Source: Chrysomallon squamiferum
Taxonomy: Eukaryota; Animalia; Mollusca
Direction: 5' to 3'
Length of the DNA: 64,000 nucleotides
Assembly (NCBI GenBank): GCA_012295275.1
Contig: CM022668.1
Location: 2,294,001 to 2,358,000 of the forward strand
A program made the position numbers and the translations under genes. Every line of letters begins with the position of its first letter. The stretch's first letter is position 1. The notes under the pieces are model-generated. The model worked only from the letters and a program-made list of their open reading frames with translations. It was not told the DNA's origin and ran no database searches. Below are positions 24,550-38,984 of this stretch, piece by piece.

Positions 24550-25068
24550 CTAATTGTGTTTGTGTTATGTAACATCTGTTTAATATCAGTTGTATTTGTG
24601 TTATGTAATATCTGTTTAATATCAGTTGTGTAATTTCTCTATTACTGTATATTTAATACAAATTGTATTTATATTATGTAATATCTATATTACTGTATAT
24701 TTAATACAAATTGTATTTATATTATGTAATATCTATATTACTGTATATATAATACAAATTGTATTTGTATTATGTAATATCTATATTACTGTATGTATAA
24801 TACAAATTGTATTTATATTATATAATATTTATATTATGTAATATCTATATTACTATATGTATAATACAAATTGTATTTATATTATGCAATATTTATATTA
24901 TGTAATATCTATATTACTGTATGTTTTTTTATCAATTGTATTTATATTATGTAATATCTATATTAATATATGTTTAATATCAGTTGTATTTATATTATTT
25001 AATATCTATATTGCTGTGTGTATAACACAAATTGTATTTATATTACATGATATCTATATTACTGTATA
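24550..25068. repeat. ~48-bp AT-rich minisatellite, ~10 copies
   Basis: Unit AATTGTATTTATATTATGTAATATCTATATTACTGTATATTTAATACA (e.g. 24661, 24709). Confidence 0.93.
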
Positions 25069-26042
25069 ATAAAATAATAATTCAAAAAAAGAATAAAAAT
25101 AAATAGAGGATAAAATAAAAATGAAAATAAGTAATTCAATAAAAGAACACAACAAAAAACAAAGACCTGGATGAACTAGCCACAATTCTGTTAAAAAGAA
25201 TTATTATCCCATTAAAATAAAATTTTGTGTTTAAAAAGATTTAAAACTCATAAAACTATTCAGTCAATCTGTGTAAAATGTTTATAGTTTGATCATTATG
25301 AAAAATTTATAAATTTTCTAAAAGGTTCCATTGATTATAAATATTTAGATGAAAAAAAGAAATCTCTAAAGATATTTAATTTACAAGTAAAATGAACTGC
25401 ATTAAGTAAAATTTGAATAGCTCCATGCAATAAATATGCTAATACCATTATATATATGTCTATATCTGTGCATGTATATTTGTATGTATGTATAATACAG
25501 GACTATATTTTACCTGACTGAAATGTCAATTTTTTTTTATGGAGGTTTTTTATATATGTTTTTTTGTTCTTTTTTTTCTTTCTGTGAGATCAGGTAATTT
25601 TATTCAGAACATCTTCTGTGAAATACAAGTTTTATATACCAGGTCCCTGTGACATGTTACTCCATAGACCACACTAGACTTTCTTATCTGTTGTCAATAA
25701 ACACTACCATTGTACTTCATTGTACATTGTACATTTTACTTTATTGTATTTTGAACACAGCAATGTACTTAATTGTACATTGCACACATAATGTACTTCA
25801 CTATTCTCATACATCATACTTCATTGCACAATAAACATATTATATACTGCACACAACCATCCTACTTCACTGTACAAAACCATTATACTTCATTGTACTT
25901 CATTATACTCATACATAGTACTTCATTGCACAACAAATGTAGTAATATTATACATTGCACATACAACCATTTCACTTCACTGTACAATGGTTGTGTGCAA
26001 TGTATAATATTATTGTGTTTGTTGTGCAATGAAGTATTTTAC

Positions 26043-26188
26043 TGTACACAATGACTACACTTTATTGTACACAATGACTACACTTTATTGTACACAGTGA
26101 CTACACTTTATTGTTCACAGTGACTACACTTTATTGTTCACAATGACTACAGTTTATTGTTCACAATGACTACAGTTTATTCTACACA
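26043..26188. repeat. 23-bp minisatellite, ~6 copies
   Basis: Unit ACACAATGACTACACTTTATTGT. Confidence 0.95.
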
Positions 26189-27427
26189 CACTGACACACA
26201 GACAAAAGAACTAACTAAATATAAATCAAACACTAAAACAGAACTGTTGTGTTCAGCTGAGGAGTGACAGCTTGCAGGGTCAAATCTCTTCAATGGTTTA
26301 TTTCCCAATCCTGTATGTGCTCTTGCCTAGAACTTGAAACACTGGGGTATGTTGTGACAGAAAGTGATAATATGTAATAACTAAAATAACAACCATTTTA
26401 ATCATAAACCTTATTTGATGTTTTTATGTAAGCATTTATTTGTTTATTTATTTTTTTTTTTTTTTTTTGCTTTCACAGGACAGCACACACCTGTTACTTT
26501 TTAAAAACTTTGTGATATATTAAATAGTATGAAAAGAAACCTTATATATAAACATTTTAATTTTCTATTTTTGTTAAGACATTAAGCTGGATACAACATA
26601 CCTTGAATTAAATTATAATTTAATTGGTGTGGATAATTATCAATGCTTAACACATTAATTAAATTTAAAAAATGCAGAAAAAGAAGAAGAAAAAGACACA
26701 AAAAACTTCTATGGTAAATGAAAAAATAAATAAGGATTTTTTAGGGTGTTTTGGTATCAAAGTATCTACCAGGCAGGTATGTAGTAAACATGTTTATTTT
26801 ACATGGAGAAAGGTCGACTGGTTTTCTCTCTTGGCCATGTTTGTCTTGTACACACAGAAAAGTGGTCAGGTACACTGGACATACAGTACAGTTAATGAAA
26901 AGTTTCTGGTCTTTGCCAGAAAATAACAGACTCAGTGAGAAAGTGAGTAAACAGAAGTCTATTTGTACAACTTCTCACATCTCACATTTCCAAATCTTCT
27001 CACTTACTGTGTTGTTTTGTTACATGTGGCTGCGATTCTTTGTGAAATGAAATTTGTTTAGGTTATCACTTGTTATTAGCATTGAGAATCAGAATATATA
27101 TGTGAATAAAGTTTATTTTATTCCATTTTTAAATATTTTTGTTTTATTCAGAATGTACTGAAGTAAATGAAAATATAATATGAAAAAAATAATATAAGTA
27201 AGTAACTTAAAGCACATCAAATGAAGTCTATAATTACAATGCTGGAAGTGAGAAAAGTATTTCTTTGAAGAAAAAAAAAATTGTTTTGGACTTAAATGAG
27301 GATTTAATTTAAATATGTCTGATTTTATTTAATTATGACCTAGCTGTCAACAGCAACAACAACAGCAACAACAACTACAACAATAATAATAAATCTAATA
27401 ATAATAATATTAATAGTAACAGTAATC

Positions 27428-27459
<32 letters not shown>

Positions 27460-30400
27460 CATAATAAAAACAATAATAATAAATAATATACATTTATCTC
27501 TTTAGAAATTCAATTTTTTCTAATTATGATAAAAATTAAACATTTAATTTTTTCATAAAAGAATTGTAGCTTCCACAAATATCTTTTTTTTTTTCTTCTA
27601 ATTTTCCTATAAATTTCAGCCTTGAAAAATGTCTTTATTTATTTTTCATTTTTCCTAATTTTTGCTTTAACAACATGAAATTTGTTTTTTCCTTTCACTT
27701 CTCCTTCTTCAAATATGATACATAAACTGCAGGCTTTAATTACTTTCTTATACTCAGTTTTTTCTTTAATTATATAAATAACCGTTCAGTTTTTTTTCTT
27801 TCTATTTCTCTAATTATGATATATCAACTGAAACCTTCGAAGTTTCTTTCTCTTTTCTAGACATCTTTCTTTTTCACTCACTTTTTCTTTCTTTCTCTAA
27901 ATATAAACGTGTCATTAAGTTCCCGTTTTTCTGTAATTATAAAATATAAATAGTAGAGCTGAAACGTTTGTTTTTTTCACACTAATGATAAAGTGCAGAT
28001 TTAATTTATTTCTGTATTTTATTCTTCATACTTAAATAACAAAAATGTCTTTTTTCTTTTTCTCTTTCTTTTTCTTTTCTTTTTCTTTAATTATGCAGCA
28101 TCATAATTTCTCTCTGTCTCTCTCTCACTGAGGTCTGTCTGTCTGTCTGTCTGTCTCTGTCTGTCTCATTTTCAATCTTTCTGTCTTTCTTTATTTCTTT
28201 CTTCCTCTCTTTTTTCTCTCTATCTCTACCTTTTTGTTTTTCTTTCTTTTTCTATTTTTTCCCTCTGTTCGTCTTTCTTTTCTTCTCTCTTTCTTTCTGT
28301 TCTTCTCTCTTTCTTTTCTTCTCTCTTTCTTTCTGGTTTTCTCTAACTCTTTATTTTTCTTTCTTTATTATTTTCTCTTTCTATTTTTTCTATCATTGTG
28401 TTTCTTTATCTGTTTCTCACCCTCTTTTTCTCTTTCTCCTTCTTTCTGTCTTTCTCACTTCTCTGTCTTTGTCTGTTTCTGTCTTTCTTTCTTTAGCTAT
28501 CTAATATTAATGTCAGAAAAGTCTGTTTTTCTAATTATAATATATAAAACCGGATTCTTCAAAAGCTTTTTTTTTTTCTTGCACTAATGATAAGGCCATG
28601 ATTTACAAACTACATTAACTGATTAATTTTTCAAACAATGAGAGAACTAAATACACTCAGCTGTCTCAGTATTGTCTTCTTAAAACATCCACAAAACAAG
28701 TCAAAATGGCCACTATGAATAATCCGGAATAAAAAAAAAAAAAAAAAAAAATGTTTTCATCTATGTAAAGCTTTCACATAATGAGCATGTAATCTACATG
28801 AATCTCTAATCTGTGTCTGTACATCCATCCATCCATCCATTTATCTGTGCTGAAAATTAATAGCAGTTTTTATGTTTACTTCAGACGTAGAATTTTTATA
28901 TTTTTATGAATATATGGTAGTTGGATATAATTGTTATACACACACAGTGAATTACATACATTTGTGTATTAGATGTGGGCTATAGTAATGTAAATTGGTG
29001 ATTATGAAAATGGGATGTTGTCTGTGTAATTATGTTGAAGTAGTCTTGATTATTTTTGTTCATGATAATTATCAGTGTGTTGTTGTGCGGTATTCATGGT
29101 CGTATTTCGCTGGTACGATATGAATGATATATTACAAGAATGTTAAAATTTCAATTTATTGAGTTGAACTGAGCAAATTTTTGAGATTTTGTCTTGCAGT
29201 AAATATATTTTCTTTACCTGTAAATTGATGTTGCTGGTATTTTGTTATAATAAAATTTTCTTCTGTATTTAAAAAATAATACAGTAAATAAATAATTAAA
29301 GAAAGAATGAGAAAGAAAAAGAAGAAAGAAAGAAAGAATGAATAAATTAAAGAAAGAGAAATAGAAATAATAAATTGAATAAAGCATGAATTAAAGAAGC
29401 AGAAATAAAGAAAGAATGAATTAAAAAAAGAAAGAATTAATTAAAGAAAGATTTAATAAATGAAAGAATGAATAAATTAAAGAAAAAACCAGTGAATTAA
29501 AGAAAGAAAGAAAAATTAATAAAAGAAAGAATGAATGAATTAAAGAAAGAATAAGAAAAAAGTGAATTTAAGAATGAAAGAATGAATTAATAAAAGATAG
29601 AATACAGAATGAATAAATTTAAAAAGAAAGAAAGAAAAATATTTTAGATAATATAATACGTTAAATATTCTTTTTATTTTTAATTGCCAAAGAAAAAGTA
29701 GAAATTGAATATAAAAATTAATCTGTTTTAAAGTGATTTACTTTGTCAGAGAAAATTAATGATGACAAATTACTTACTCATTAGATTCAGAAAAACACAT
29801 TTAAAAGCATTTGGCACCAACCAGAACCACTTTTCAGTCTAATTCTAATTTTACTTTGCTTTTTTCTTCCATTTCTGTTTTTAACATCTAAATTTTAGCT
29901 TTCTGAATTTTTATTTTTTGTTCTGTTTCTCAGTTAATGTTGCCAAAATTACAGCATTTGTCATAATGTAGCAAGACATAAAAATGATATATTGTTAAAA
30001 AAAATACTGAAATTTGGAGCATTTTCAAAAAAAAAGAAGTAAAAACAAATAAACAAATAAATATAAATCTGTAATTTTGATATGTCACAAAATGAAATAT
30101 AAAAATTTGATCATATCTGTTAAAAAATAAATAATAAATAAATCAATAAATCATTAAATAAAAAAAAATTAAAAAATAATCTATAGTTTTGATGATGTCT
30201 TGCAAAATGCTAAAAAAACTATTTGTATAAAAGTGGTAAAATTTGCCAAGATCTACAAAAGTGATATCTCTGAAAGATGTGTGCAGTTTGTATGATGGAA
30301 GATAAGACAGACAGACAGACAGACAGACAGACACCATCTCTCTACTTGTGATTAACATTTTCGCTTCTGTGTCCACCAGGCATGTCTCAGAGAACTGAGT

Positions 30401-30502
30401 GTGCAGGTCGTATTCAGGAGAATTCTGATCCATAAATGATCTTTATAACAAATAAACTTATAAATAAATAGTTGACAGTCCAGTAAGTATTGATATTTTA
30501 GT

Positions 30503-30505
<3 letters not shown>

Positions 30506-30566
<61 letters not shown>
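30506..30566. repeat. (AG)n microsatellite
   Basis: Direct reading. Confidence 0.95.
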
Positions 30567-30570
<4 letters not shown>

Positions 30571-31069
30571 GCTGAATTTTGCTACCAGCATAATATAAAA
30601 AATAATTTATTATGACTGAATTTTTTTTACTAAATAGACTTAATTTTGATGTGGTTTTATTGACTTAAATAGTAGTGATAAAAAAATTTGACAATAGTTG
30701 ATGTTTTGACAATTTGATTATTACTGAATTTTTTTTTATTTAATAAGACTTAATAATATTTGATACAGACTTGATGTGTATTTGAGGTGTAATAGAGAGA
30801 TTATAATAGGTGGTGGTGATAAATAGATTTTGATAATGTGATGTGTACAATAGGTGGTGTGTATTTGACAATAGATGATGTGTATTTGATAATAGTTGAT
30901 GTGTATTTTGATAATAGTTGATGTGTATGTGAGGTGGTGTGTATTTGACAATAGATGATGTGTATGTGAGGTGGTGTGTATGTGAGGTGTGTATGCAGAC
31001 AGGTTTGATGAGCAGTGGAGACTTAGTGTGTGAACTGTGTGGACTTAGTGAGGCAGGCAGGATTATATC

Positions 31070-31330
31070 AGCATCGCTAACTGCCGTTGACGCGGGAGAT
31101 GTTTGATTGACAGACAAGCGACGAGTGTATTGATTCACGACTGTACTGCGACTTCTTCGCATTGTCGGACGATGTTTTGGAAATCAACACGATGTTGATT
31201 AGCTCTCACTCGCACCATCATCGGCAGCGATTCGCCTGATTGGAATTAAAAGCGAGCTTTTGTCGTCGGTGTAAGTCGGTCGTTTGAACGGATAATTGAA
31301 ACACTTGATTAGTGTCTGCCGCACAAAGGC
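31070..31330. promoter_or_regulatory. CpG island-like element, candidate enhancer or alternative promoter
   Basis: Very high CpG density for this window. PBX-MEIS/PREP decamer TGATTGACAG at 31104-31113, reverse CCAAT (CTGATTGG), possible donor GGT|GTAAGT at 31270|31271. Confidence 0.5.
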
Positions 31331-31374
31331 TTGTTAATATTTCTGTAAATCAGACACACTTGTCAGTCAGCCTC

Positions 31375-32001
31375 TCAAACACAAACATCACTGAAATGTG
31401 TCATTTAATTGTCTTAATTCACAAACACAAACATCACTGAAATGTGTCGTTTAATTGTCTTAATTCATAAACACAAATATCACTGAAATGTGTCGTTTAA
31501 TTGTCTTAATTCACAAACACAAACATCACTGAAATGTCTCGTTTAATTGTCTTAATTCTCAAATACAAACATCACTGAAATGTGTCGTTTAATTGTCTTA
31601 ATTCACAAACAAAAACATCACTGAAATGTGTTGTTTAATTGTCTTAATTCATAAACAAAAACATCACTGAAATGTGTTGTTTAATTGTCTTAATTCACAA
31701 ACAAAAACATCACTGAAATGTGTTGTTTAATTGTCTTAATTCACAAACAAAACATCACTGAAATGTGTTGTTTAATTGTCTTAATTCACAAACACAAACA
31801 TCACTGAAATGTGTCGTTTAATTGTCTTAATTCACAAACAAAAACATCACTGAAATGTGTTGTTTAATTGTCTTAATTCATAAACAAAAACATCACTGAA
31901 ATGTGTTGTTTAATTGTCTTAATTCACAAACACAAACATCACTGAAATGTCTCGTTTAATTGTCTTAATTCACAAGAACATCACTGAAATGTGTCGTTTA
32001 A
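31375..32001. repeat. 46-bp minisatellite, ~13.5 copies
   Basis: Unit CACAAACACAAACATCACTGAAATGTGTCGTTTAATTGTCTTAATT, contiguous with no spacers. Confidence 0.97.
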
Positions 32002-32395
32002 TGTCACTGCTTTTATTAGTTTTTTTAACACTTTATTTTTTTCATCATTTATAATTTGTTTCATTATTCTGTCTGTTTGTCCTTCTGTCTCAATCTGTCT
32101 CTCTGTGTCCTTATTTTTGTATTTAGCTTTGTTTTTGTTTTCCTATTTGTCTTTCTTCTTGTCTCTCTATCCAACTGTCCATATATAACTGATTTTATTT
32201 CTCTCCTCTGCTTTCTCTCTTTTTGAAATTAGTTCATGGATATTTTCAAATTTTTATCTACTCTAGTTCAATACAAAATCTATTGTTCATTCATTAATTT
32301 TATCTTAAACAAGATGAAGATAAAAAAAAAATTGAAAAATATATAGGTATGTATGTTATCTATTTTATATAGGGGTTTTTTCTTACCATCTTATA

Positions 32396-32426
<31 letters not shown>

Positions 32427-32892
32427 TTTTGTTCTGTAATAAAATAATTTTTTTGGTTATATTTCTGCAGTTAGAAAAACAAACAAAAAGTCTGTTGAAG
32501 ATCTCAGAGGTGAACAATAGACAAGGATCATTATGAAATATTAAAACACTTCTATAAAGACAACAACAGTTAACTGTAATGTATTTTCAAATGAGATTAA
32601 TCAGAGTTTACTTGTTTCAAAACAAGTAGCTTCTGATTATGTTGTACCATTCTGGGTTGAAAAGTTTAAAGAGTAATAATGAACAAGTAATAATAAATTT
32701 TTTAAAAATAACATAAAAAATAATTATTAAATAAAAATAAACAAGAAAATAATTATTTAAGATGTTTTATTTATTCTATGCAGTATTTGTTTCTCACTGA
32801 TACTTTATTTATTACTCAGCTTCCCTTTTCTTTCTTTCATGTTTTTCTTTATGTCTCTATCTTATTATATTTCTCTTGTGTTTTCCTTCATC

Positions 32893-33242
<350 letters not shown>

Positions 33243-33629
33243 TGTTAACCTACAAGAATATTATTTCTATTTGTGGAAGTTTTCTTCTCTCAGTTTTCTA
33301 ATAAATTTGACTTTCACCTGACAAATCTGATCTGCCCTTTCTTTGATGTGTAATTAAAAGTGGACTTGCAAGCTAAAAATGTAAGTTATCAAAGAGGAAT
33401 TAAAATATCACAGAAACTTTAACTTTGTGATGAAAGAAAAACTGTGGCCAGCTATCTGGTAATGAAAATATTGTCTATAAGTTTGTAATTAAAATGAATA
33501 ACAGACTGATGCTGCTCAGAACAGAAGGCAAGGGAAGGTGGCAGTTAGAATGAATAAACAGAAATACTGCAAGAATAAATGGAAAGGCAAATACTGTGTG
33601 AACAAACAGAAATAAGTATAAATGTTAAT

Positions 33630-34718
33630 ATAAGTACAGTATGAATAAATACCAGTGTGAGTACATTATGAATAAATACCAATATAAATACATTATGAAT
33701 AAATGTTATGTAAGTACACTATGAATAAATGTTAATGTAAGTATATTATGAATAAATTGTTAATGTAAGTAGATTATAAATAAATACCAGTGTAAGTACA
33801 CTGTGAATAAATACCAGTGTAAGAATAAGAACACTATGAATAAATACCAGTTTAAGTACACTATGAATAAATACCAGTTTAAGTACACTATGAATAAATA
33901 CCAGTTTAAGTACACTATGAATAAATACCAGTGTAAGTACACTGTGAATAAATACCAGTGTAAGAATAAGAACACTATGAATAAATACCAGTGTAAGTAC
34001 AGTATGAATAAATACCAGTGTAAGTACACTGAATAAATACCAGTGTAAGTACAGTATGAATAAATACCAGTGTAAGTACACTGTGAATGAATACCAGTGT
34101 AAGTACACTGAATAAATACCAGTGTAAGTACAGTATGAATAAATACCAGTGTAAGTACACTGTGAATAAATACCAGTGTAAGTACTGTATGAATAAATAC
34201 CAGTGTAAGTACACTATGAATAAATACCAGTGTAAGTACTGTATGAATAAATACCAGTGTAAGTACACTATGAATAAATACCAGTGTAAGAACACTATGA
34301 ATAAATACCAGTGTAAGTACACTGTGAATGAATACCAGTGTAAGTACTGTATGGGTGTTAGTAAATGGCAGTGTAAATACACTATGAATAAATACCAGTG
34401 TAAGTAACTGTGAATAAACTGTCGTTAATAGATACACTGTGAATGAATACTGGTGTAATACTGTATGAATAAATACCAGTGTAACAGCACTATGAATAAA
34501 TACCAGAACTCGTACAGTATGAATAAATACCAGTGTAAGTACACTGTGAATGAATACTGGTGTAAGTACTGTATGAATAAATACCAGTGTAAGTGCACTA
34601 TGAATAAATACCAGTGTAAGTACAGTATGAATAAATACCAGTGTAAGTACACTGTGAATGAATACTGGTGTAAGTACTGTATGAATAAATACCAGTGTAA
34701 GTGCACTATGAATAAATG
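33630..34718. repeat. 27-bp minisatellite, ~40 copies
   Basis: Unit ATGAATAAATACCAGTGTAAGTACACT. The 9-aa periodicity in overlapping ORFs on both strands reflects this unit. Confidence 0.97.
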
Positions 34719-35394
34719 ACAAATCAGATGCAGGCTGCGAATGCAGTGGGGGTGTTAGTGTGATGGGGGTGGGGGGGTGAAGAATAATTAAAGGGTGGGG
34801 GGTGTTAGTGTAATTGGCTGTGGTTGGCTAATTTCGGAGTGTGTAAATAATTGTGACAGACTGTCGTTATGATAGATGCCAGCCATTTCACAAATCTTTC
34901 ACCTCTGCTCCACAGCCAGGAGGAGGAACTCGGAGATGTTTTATTACAAGTACAGCACTGATAACGTCTGGCAGGCAGGGGGTTCGGGTGTGAAGAATAA
35001 TGGAAGAGGGCAGGAAACACTGATTTGTGGCTGGTAAAAAGAGGGGGAGAGATGAAGGATTGGAACATGTAAGTTGAAAGTATGGATGGATGGATGGATG
35101 GATGGATGGACACATCTGAGAAAATACAGAAGAGAGGAATGAAGAAGGGTGATTATAGGTGATGGGGTAAAAAAGGAAGAATTACTAAAGACTTTTGTAT
35201 GTTTATCTCTGTGTGTATGTTAGAGAGAGAGAGAGAGAGAGAGAGATACAGTGAGAGGTAAATTATCACAAATACATTAAGGCAAAACATGGTAAAAAAC
35301 ACTCTGCACATCTGGTTTAAAAAAATAATTACAGTGAAATAATTACACAGATAAACACTGATTTGTGCTTACAATAAAACATGGTACAGTGAGA

Positions 35395-36236
35395 TGTTTC
35401 ATTATTACAAACATTACTAGTAAAACATGATACAATGATCACACATTACACATCTGAGTAAACCATACAGTGAGAGATACATTATTACAAATACATTACT
35501 AGTAAAACATGATACAATGATACACATCACACATCTGAGTAAACCATACAGTGAGAGATACATCATTACAAATACATTACTAGTAAACCATGATACAATG
35601 ATACACATTACACATCTGAGTAAACCATACAGTGAGAGATACATCATTACAAATACATTACTAGTAAAACATGATACACTGATCACACATCACACATCTG
35701 AGTAAACCATACAGTGATACAGTGAGAGGTACATTATGACAAATACATTACTAGTAAAACATGGTACAATGGTACACATTACACATCTGAGTAAACCATA
35801 CAGTGAGAGGTACATTATTACAAACACATTACTAGTAAAACATGATACAATGATACACATTACACATCTGAGTAAACCATACAGTGAGAGATACATCATT
35901 ACAAAGACATTACTAGTAAAACATGATACAATGATACACATTACACATCTGAGTAAACCATACAGTGAGAGGTACATGATTACAAACACATTACTAGTAA
36001 AACATGATACAATGATACACATTACACATCTGAGTAAACCATACAGTGAGAGGTACATCATTACAAATACATTACTAGTAAAACATGATACAATGATACA
36101 CATTACATATCTGAGTAAACCATACAGTGAGAGATACATCATTACAAATACATTACTAGTAAAACATGATACAGTGAGAGGTACATTATTACAAACACAT
36201 TACTAGTAAAACATGATACAATGATACACATTACAG
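35395..36236. repeat. 81-bp minisatellite, ~10 copies
   Basis: 27-aa periodic ORFs (MIHITHLSKPYSERYIITNTLLVKHDT) reflect the 81-bp unit. Confidence 0.97.
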
Positions 36237-36289
36237 TGATGTATCTGAGATAAACCAGTGATACAGTGAAACATGACATTATGACAAAA

Positions 36290-37030
36290 ATACATTACTA
36301 ATGAAAACATGATACAATGATACAGTGGTACATTATTGCTAATACATTACTAGTAAAACATGATACACATTTCTAATGAAATATGATACAATGACAAACA
36401 TTACTAATGAAATATGATACAATGACACACATTACTAGTAAGACATGATACACGTTACTATTAAAACATGATACAATGACAAACATTACTAATGAAACAT
36501 GATACAATGACACACATTACTAGTAAGACATGATACAATGACACACATTACTAGTAAGACATGATACAATGACACACATTACTAGTAAGACATGATACAA
36601 TGACACACATTACTAATGAAACATGATACAATGACACACATTACTAGTAAGACATGATACAATGACACACATTACTATTAAGACATGATACAATGACACA
36701 CATTACTAGTAAGACATGATACAATGACACACATTACTATTAAGACATGATACAATGACACACATTACTAGTAAGACATGATACAATGACACACATTACT
36801 AGTAAGACATACAATGACACACATTACTAGTAAGACATGATACAATGACACACATTACTAGTAAGACATGATACAATGACACACATTACTAGTAAGACAT
36901 GATACAATGACACACATTACTAGTAAGACATGATACAATGACACACATTACTAGTAAGACATACAATGACACACATTACTAGTAAGACATGATACAATGA
37001 CACACATTACTAGTAAGACATGATACAATG
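36290..37030. repeat. 31-bp minisatellite, >20 copies, related to the adjacent 81-mer
   Basis: Unit CATGATACAATGACACACATTACTAGTAAGA. Confidence 0.97.
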
Positions 37031-37213
37031 GTACACTGGTATAATGTGAGGTGATACAATGTAAAAGATGATATCAAACTTTACCTGCTCTGTACAGGTA
37101 CAAATTGGCTTCATTTGTATTTTGTTATTAACCCTAATCACCATTTTCTAATATTTCTCACAAACTAATTTACAGGTGACAGGTAAACTCAGATAAGAAA
37201 TCTGTGTTTCAGA

Positions 37214-37252
<39 letters not shown>

Positions 37253-37465
37253 ATATATATATCTTATAGACAGTAGGATTAATTATCTGTATTCTTGTAT
37301 ATAAATATTTTTTAATTACTTTACTAAGATATGGTTAAAATGAAAATATATTTTAGTCTTCTTTTTCTCTCTTTTATTTATATACTTATTTAGTTAGCTT
37401 TTTTTCTGTGGTTAATATATATCTATATATATATATATTAATACTTTCTCACTCGTACACACACA

Positions 37466-37516
<51 letters not shown>

Positions 37517-37682
37517 CTATTTTGTCTTAGTTTTTAGTTTTGTATACATTATAAATTGAGTTTTTGCTATTGTTGTTTTAAATGATGCAGCTGTTGCTGT
37601 TGTTAGCAGTAGTAGTAGGTGTTGTACAGCTTTTGCTTTGTGTATGTTACATTGTTGTTATTGCTGTTGTTTTCTTATGATT

Positions 37683-37972
37683 ATATCATCATCATCATCA
37701 TTATCAAAACCACCATCGTCATTATCATCATCAGCTTCACTGTTATTAACATCATCTCCTCCACCACCATCCTTTATCATCATCTCCACAGTCATCCTTT
37801 ATCATCATTATCATCACCATTGTTATCATCATCACAGTCATAATTATCACCATTATCATCATCACCAACATCATCGTTATAACCATCATCATTACTATTA
37901 TCACCATCATCATCATTATTATTATTATCATTAACATCATCATTATTATCATTATTATTATTATTATCATCA
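37683..37972. repeat. Degenerate (CAT/TAT)n trinucleotide repeat
   Basis: Direct reading; gives the poly-H/D/I ORFs. Confidence 0.9.
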
Positions 37973-38613
37973 CAAATGCATGCTCCAAAGAAACACAAGA
38001 GGTTGACAGTGATGATGATGATGATGATAAAAGACTAGGAAGAGCAGAGTGTACAACTGAACAGTTAACGTTGGTGTCAGTTATTACTTCATGTCGCAAG
38101 GTAAACATCAGTCTTGTTTATTTAATAGTTGTTGTTGTTTTTTTTCTCACACAAAACTGTGCAGCCACCCAGGACGATGGGCAATGCAAATGTACACCAA
38201 GATTTCACACCAGCTTTAAAACTTGCATTGTGCAAGAGAAGTGAACCAAAACAGGGAGGGATTTTAATTTAAGTTTATTTAAATGTGGGCTTTAAAGTAA
38301 AAATAATAACAAGTTTAAAAATAATTTCTTACACCAGTATCCAGTTTTCTGTGTGAACACATAAATGTGTTGATGTTTTGTTCTCTTGTTTTGTGTTCTC
38401 TGTGTATCTGTTTATTTCTTTCGTTTTCTCATTCTGTCTTTCTCTCTAACTTACATTCTGTGTCATTCTTTCTGTATTTTCTTTATCTCTCTATTTTATC
38501 TCTCTATTTCACATCTCTCTTTCTCTCTCTCTGTCTCTCTCTATACATATATATATTTCACATCTCTCTTTCTCTCTCTCTCTCTCTACATATATTTATA
38601 TATATATTTCACA

Positions 38614-38693
<80 letters not shown>

Positions 38694-38984
38694 TTCACAT
38701 TTCACAACTCTCTCTCTCTCTGTCTCTCTCTCTCTCTTTCTTTCTTCCTCTCTCTGTTTCCATCTTTTTCTTTCTCTCATTTTGTTCTGATTCTCTTTTA
38801 ACTTGCAACTACCTGAAACCTGCAATGTATAAAATTCTAACTAAACAATTTTATTTAAAAATCTGTCGTCCAACATCACAGAACAAGACACAACGTGCAT
38901 TTAAACTTCTAACAAAACCAGCCTAAAACCTTGAATCACTAAACCCAAGTTCGAAACCATAATCTGAAAACTTTCTTAAATTCA

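Noticed and set aside
33760-34722. 320-aa ORF (LTLVFIHSV repeats) and overlapping MNKYQCKYT ORFs
   Set aside because: Translations of a 27-bp minisatellite. Several frames on both strands are open because the unit is a multiple of 3, frame-shifting unit variants occur, and there is no splice or domain evidence.
35417-36206. 27-aa repeat ORFs on both strands
   Set aside because: Product of the 81-bp tandem repeat, interrupted by indels.
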